From: Macrostomum hystrix
Taxonomy: Eukaryota; Animalia; Platyhelminthes
DNA length: 64,000 nucleotides
Direction of reading: 5' to 3'
Assembly: GCA_950097015.1 (NCBI GenBank)
Contig: CATNEN010000007.1
Location: forward strand, 1,798,001-1,862,000
Shown: positions 59,001-64,000 of the stretch, one piece after another
Layout: every line of letters starts with the position of its first letter
Position numbering within the stretch: position 1 is the stretch's first letter
The notes under the pieces: model-generated
Seen by the model: the letters and a program-made list of their open reading frames with translations, nothing else
Database searches by the model: none
Told to the model about the DNA's origin: nothing
Translations under genes and position numbers: made by a program

Positions 59001-60211
59001 AGCCTTGAATTTGGTATATAGCATGCAAATTGTTTTTGTTGGCTTACAAATGGTAGAGTTTTTGTGTTGGTGCTTTGGCACCAAGATTCAGAAGCAGATT
59101 CCAATTCATCAATGGACTGTGGAAAAATTCATCTTGTAAGAAAGGAAGTCTTCCTGCTGCTAGATTATCACAAGGCTGCTTTGTGGTTTAGAAAAGGGGC
59201 AGTCAGATTAGTATGAGTTGGGGCCCACTTTTACTTGAGTTTCTTAGAAACTAGTTCCTACAAAAATATTTATTTTGTTATAATATATTACTTCACTATT
59301 TTTGTTTTAATGCAGCTAATAAGAAACTGTTACTTGATGTACATATAATAATATAACTTAAAAGTAAATGTACATCAAAGCTGCAGACTTGGCATTGATT
59401 TGAGATATGATTGAATATTGATATGAAATCATAACATATTGCCAAAATATTCCAGCTTTCGGGAAATCAACACCTTAAAGGGAAGTCTGCTGACAAGGAC
59501 AGAGAAACAGTTACTATCTTTTGTGAGTTCGCAAACTTTGGGTTATTATTTCTTTTTCTTATTCACAAATTAGTTTTGGCTTATCTGCGACTTGGCTTTC
59601 TCTCTTTCATTTTCCCCTCATCTGTGACTTACTCGTTGTTCCCTAAAAAAGAAGAAAATCAGATAGAGAATAAGTTCGGAAACTCAGAGAGAGAATGAGA
59701 TAAGAAAGGCAGAGAGGGTAGAGGAAAAGAAAATCATAGAGTGGAAGAGAAGAAGAAAAACTGAGAGAGAAGATAATAAAAACAGAGAGTAGAGGATAGA
59801 GTGAGAAGAAGAGAAGAAAGACTCGGTGAGAAGAAGAGAATAATACAAAGAGGAAGACAAGAAAGATAGAGAGAGAAGAAGAGAAGAAAGACTGAGTCTT
59901 AATACAGTCTCAGACAACTCTTCTAAGACTAAAATTGTGGTAAAATTTGTGACTCTCTTGTCCACTTAACTGTGGGTTATTAACCACTAGTCTACTACAA
60001 AGTTCTTGTCCCACATTTCTAGCATGCAGTGCATGCCATTGACATATTTTTTTCACTATAATTTAAAACGCATGTGTTGAAGTAAACTGTAAACGCAAAG
60101 AAGGCAGAGCATCTAGAACAGAGCACTGACTACGCAGGCAAAGGATTTGTCTATGGCCAATTTATGTGAGAGCCATGCAAGAGAAGATACAGGCATAAAT
60201 GCAAAAGAATA

Positions 60212-61889
60212 TACCTTTTCCACTCCAAGTCTGTCACAAGTAACTTCAAATCTGCCGTAGATAGCAGAAAGGCATACATTCAGCTCGCAAGTCGAGCGCC
60301 AACTTAAGAGTCTATGGTTAAAGCTCAGATCAATTCTGTCAAAAGTAACTTCAAATCTGTCCACTGAACAGATAACGAAACAAAGGTTTATTTTGAACAG
60401 TGCTCTCAAATTAAAGCAACAAATTCTGTAATTCACTATGCTAACATGTCTGCTATTCAGTCAATCAGTTGCATAGATATTTCAAACAAAAATATCGCGA
60501 CGATCCAAGCAGGCCTGTCCGTAACTCAACGTGTGCAGGTGCCATCGTAGGCAGTGGTCATGTGTCAGATGAGGCATGCCTACATGCAATTCGCGAATCA
60601 GAATCCTCAGTCGCCAGTTGTGCAATGTCATCGCAGCCTGCGCTGCGGCGGCGCGATCACCCAGCTCTCTAACCACTGCCGGTTCTGTCAGTCGTCTCTT
60701 TACTGCGGCCTTCAGTGCTGAGATGGCCATCTCAGTCGCATTGAGAAACGGAGAATACACGGGTAGAAAACGTATGGTTTGGTCTTCCCTTTGCATCGGA
60801 GGTACGTTGGTGTGGGCTCTCGCATTGTCCGCCACCATCACGAATGGTGCGTCAACAAGTACAGACACCTCCGAGCAGAATGCAGTGAAGCGTTCTTCTG
60901 TGAAGCCACCAACGTGGCATGCATAGTGAACCAACCCAAGCTGCGGACTCACTGCGAGAACGACGGTGACATTGGGACCGCGCTGACCATCGGTGATTCG
61001 CACAGCACGATCGCCAGCAGCTGACCAGCCTTTAGACCGCGAAGTCCACAAGTTAAAGCCACATTCATCGACGTATATCAGATGCTCTTGAAGATGACCC
61101 TCATTCATCATCCATTGCATGTACATCGCTCGCGCATCCTTGGTGCCTGGCGCATTCCAGCCCGCGTGCACATGCCTGACGTCCTTTAAGGTTATCAGAG
61201 TACCGTCTAGCTTCTTGCTCAGGCATTGAGTAGAAACAGCGGGTGCGTCGGGAAATTCAACAGTCAGCCTTTCTCGCATTTCACTCAATGTGATGGTCGG
61301 CTTCTCAGCAACATACCGGTGAAGTGCTTGAAGCATCTGTTCACTTACTTTCACGTGTCTAGCCCCTCCTCTTGCTCTGTATTCTGTCCGGTTTTCCTCT
61401 AGATAGCGCTTTAGGATCAAGTTTGCGGTGGTCCTTTTGATTCCGAGGTCAATGGCCAGTCTCCTCCAGTCCCGTCCAGTGTTGTAGCTGTTAACCAGGC
61501 GCTGCCTGTCTATTAAGCATATTCTTGCATAGGGCATGGTGGGTAAGGAAAGAAAAAATGGTTGTGAACTCGCGTTGCTGTCAACATATATATCTCTGAC
61601 AGATTTGAACTTACTTGTGACAGAATTTATATGTAAGATTGCCATAGACAAATAAGTTTCACTGTTAAAATCTGGGTCTGTCTATAAAGAAGTTTTCTAG
61701 TCTTTACTGCTTTGATTCCAACTCCCTATCTGTTCAGTGGACAGATTTGAAGTTACTTTTGACAGAATTGATCTGAGCTTTAACCATAGACTCTTAAGTT
61801 GGCGCTCGGCTTGCGAGCTGAATGTATGCCTTTCTGCTATCTATGGCAGATTTGAAGTTACTTGTGACAGACTTGGAGTGGAAAAGGTA
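60212..61889 (-). mobile_element. IS630/Tc1/mariner-superfamily transposon 1 (complete; 163-bp TIRs, TA TSD)
   Basis: TIRs 60212-60374 and 61727-61889 differ at 2 positions by my reading. Flanked by TA (60210-11, 61890-91). Each TIR carries two internal direct repeats (AGTAACTTCAAATCTG), an IR/DR layout, and a related extra copy lies near 61600. Confidence 0.92.
60482..61651 (-). CDS. IS630/Tc1-like DDE transposase (intact; probable start MPYARI at 61538)
   Basis: HTH N-terminus. Catalytic motifs IYVDECGFN, VADNARAH and YSPFLNATE; the second D and the E are separated by 31 residues. Confidence 0.9.
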   Translation of the reverse strand: MSMAILHINSVTSKFKSVRDIYVDSNASSQPFFLSLPTMPYARICLIDRQRLVNSYNTGRDWRRLAIDLGIKRTTANLILKRYLEENRTEYRARGGARHVKVSEQMLQALHRYVAEKPTITLSEMRERLTVEFPDAPAVSTQCLSKKLDGTLITLKDVRHVHAGWNAPGTKDARAMYMQWMMNEGHLQEHLIYVDECGFNLWTSRSKGWSAAGDRAVRITDGQRGPNVTVVLAVSPQLGLVHYACHVGGFTEERFTAFCSEVSVLVDAPFVMVADNARAHTNVPPMQREDQTIRFLPVYSPFLNATEMAISALKAAVKRRLTEPAVVRELGDRAAAAQAAMTLHNWRLRILIRELHVGMPHLTHDHCLRWHLHTLSYGQACLDRRDIFV

Positions 61890-61894
61890 TAGTA

Positions 61895-63489
61895 TAGCTT
61901 TTGTCAGGCTATCTCAGCCTATGGGCATTCAAACATAGCCAGCCCATCTTGTCACTGCGGTTTTTTACTGAAGCTGCTAATTTTTACCATAGACATGCAT
62001 TTTAGGACCATGCTATCTCAGCTTGGGACGAGCAATCTCAGCCAACATATAAGTTCTATGTTATTCTGTCTATAGTTTTGTTAGCATTTGAAGCTGTTCC
62101 GCCAAAATGAGGGCAACCAGCAACGTTGATAGAAGATGCTTGATCTCCGCGTGGAAGGAAGGACAGGATATTGGCTAGCCGCTACAATTCTTGGCATCAA
62201 ATTGAAAACCGCTCGCCACATCATTGCCACTTTTGAAGCTACAGGTCGGATTGATGCTCTTCGGCGCGGAGGCCGGAAGATTGGCTCTTGCAAGCTGGAC
62301 GATGAGATGCGCCAAGTGCTCATCGGCCTCTTAAATGAAAATCGGATGGCGACACTGAAAGCATTGCAGACTAATCTCGCTGCTCAGCTTCCAGACAAGC
62401 CACCGGTCTCCATTAAGACAATAGCCAGAGCTCTGGATGGAGCCCTGTATACATTTAAGATTGCCACTAAGAACTGCGATATTCGATTGAGCGCGAACTC
62501 TCCCGCGTTGATAGAGAAGCGACGCGAGTATGCGCTATTCATGGCGGGACTGCAACTGGATACGGTGGTAATCTATATAGACAAGACGGGGTACAACCTC
62601 TGGACGCGCAGATCACAGGGAAGGTCGCGACGGGGTCAGCCAGTGAGACGGCGTTGCCCAACACAGAGGGGTCCAAATCTTTCCATCTGTCTGGCCGTGT
62701 CATCTGCACTTGGGTTGGTGAAGAGTGAGTTTTTCAGAGGAGGCCAGACAAAGGAGAGGTTTCAACAATTCATCAATGACCTCGTGGAGCAAGTCATCCC
62801 GGAAATCGGCAACGCCAGAGTCGTCATAGTCTGCGATGGTCCAAGCTTTCATCGTGGTGTGACAGTGCCGGAGCAGCACCGCCATCAGTTTGAAATTCAG
62901 CTGCTGGCCGCTTACTCGCCGTTTCTCAACCCGTGTGAGATGGCTCATAGTGCAGTGAAGGCTTCGATCAAGCTGCAGCTCGCTGACCCCGCACTGGTGG
63001 AGGAAGAAGCTGGTGGCCGACCTGATGGAGTCACCTGCGTGGAATGGCGCATTTTTCTGCTGGAGCGAGTGGGCCGAGACTCTTTGCAAGTTGTGACGTC
63101 AATGAAGGTAGCCAGGTGGGAAATTCACTGCAACCGTAGCTTCCCACAATGCATCCAGGAGGTACCTTTCAACTAAACTGAAATAGTCTGTTAACTGATC
63201 GTCTCTGGTAGCCATTTTTAAAGTTTGCTCTGTATATCCCATCCCATACTCAGTTTTCTGTTACCCAGTTTTTCTCTTGTCAATAGACTTTAAAAATGTT
63301 AACAAAACTATAGACAGAATAACATAGAACTTATATGTTGGCTGAGATTGCTCGTCCCAAGCTGAGATAGCATGGTCTTAAAATGCATGTCTATGGTAAA
63401 AATTAGCAGCTTCAGTAAAAAAACCGCAGTGACAAGATGGGCTGGCTGAGTTTGAATGCCCATAGGCTGAGATAGCCTGACAAAAGCTA
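61895..63489 (+). mobile_element. IS630/Tc1/mariner-superfamily transposon 2 (complete; ~195-bp TIRs, TA TSD)
   Basis: TIRs 61895-62089 and 63294-63489 show about 4 mismatches and 1 indel. Flanked by TA (61893-94, 63490-91). Internal ATCTCAGC repeats occur in the TIR. Confidence 0.92.
62107..63176 (+). pseudogene. IS630/Tc1-like transposase with a probable frameshift near the N-terminus
   Basis: ATG 62107 gives MRATSNVDRRCLISAWKEGQD, which is homologous to the N-terminus of transposase 1. It is out of frame with ORF 62136-63176 (YWLAATILGIK...IYIDKTG...CDGPSFH...YSPFLNPCE, D-33-E). Confidence 0.75.
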
Positions 63490-63559
63490 TATTTACTTCA
63501 CCAGTTTCAAATCGCCTAAGCTTCACAACCCAAGATTACCAAATCTGCCATGCATGCAT

Positions 63560-64000
63560 AAAAACCCCAAAGGGGGGGCAGCTAAGCAACCCCTGAGAAA
63601 CTTGGGCCTCGACAATGAATCCAGTGATGAATAGTCTTTCTTCACTGCTGAGAGCGATGGAGAGGACGATAACCAAGCCGACAATAATGGGCTGCTAGAA
63701 GATGAGCCAACTCTTCCGCTTGACGATTGGAGGTCGGTAACAGCCAGAGACTGATGCTCGTTTTAATAATTTTTGGGTGTGAATGGAGTTAACCCTGGAT
63801 TTTCTACTCCTGATGATGTTGAAGACAGCGGGGCGGTGATTTTCGAGCAGTTTCTACCGGATAATTTGCTGCTTCAGATGTGCGAGTGGACAAATAAGAG
63901 AGCACAGCTAGAGATCGCTAAGTTTCAAGATGAACATGGAGATGAGGAGCTGCCATATGGCTTGAGAACTCCGAAGCCGTGTGAAATGAAGAAAGTAATT
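63560..64000 (+). pseudogene. Degenerate piggyBac transposase N-terminal region (runs off the window)
   Basis: An acidic leader with in-frame stops is followed, after a frame change, by FEQFLPDNLLLQMCEWTNKRA...EMKKVI. This matches the piggyBac/PGBD F..F..D.L...M...TN..A...EMK pattern. Confidence 0.65.

Overview
Eukaryotic (animal) genomic DNA, not prokaryotic. It has GC-rich exons, AT-rich spacers, GT-AG introns, and a minisatellite in most introns. This organisation suggests a free-living flatworm such as Macrostomum, which is an inference only. Most entries in the ORF track are artefacts of translating minisatellites. I reconstructed spliced genes by hand with phase-consistent junctions: carnitine acetyltransferase (+), an EGF-TM protein (+), an orphan beta-propeller-like gene (-), eIF3d (-), PH-FYVE PLEKHF/Phafin (+), endosulfine ENSA/ARPP19 (-), a candidate 44-aa secreted peptide (+), a NIT-domain guanylyl cyclase (-) and a tetraspanin (+). 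Mobile DNA comprises an intact Crypton-type tyrosine recombinase ORF between bipartite inverted repeats and hairpins, two complete IS630/Tc1-like elements inserted back to back at a TAGTA site, a piggyBac relic, MITEs, and three tRNA-headed SINE families. The most interesting items are the structured ends of the tyrosine recombinase element, a NIT-GC that keeps its metal-binding Asp residues but lacks the catalytic Asn/Arg, the unusual DD31E/DD33E transposases, and a different minisatellite in nearly every intron.
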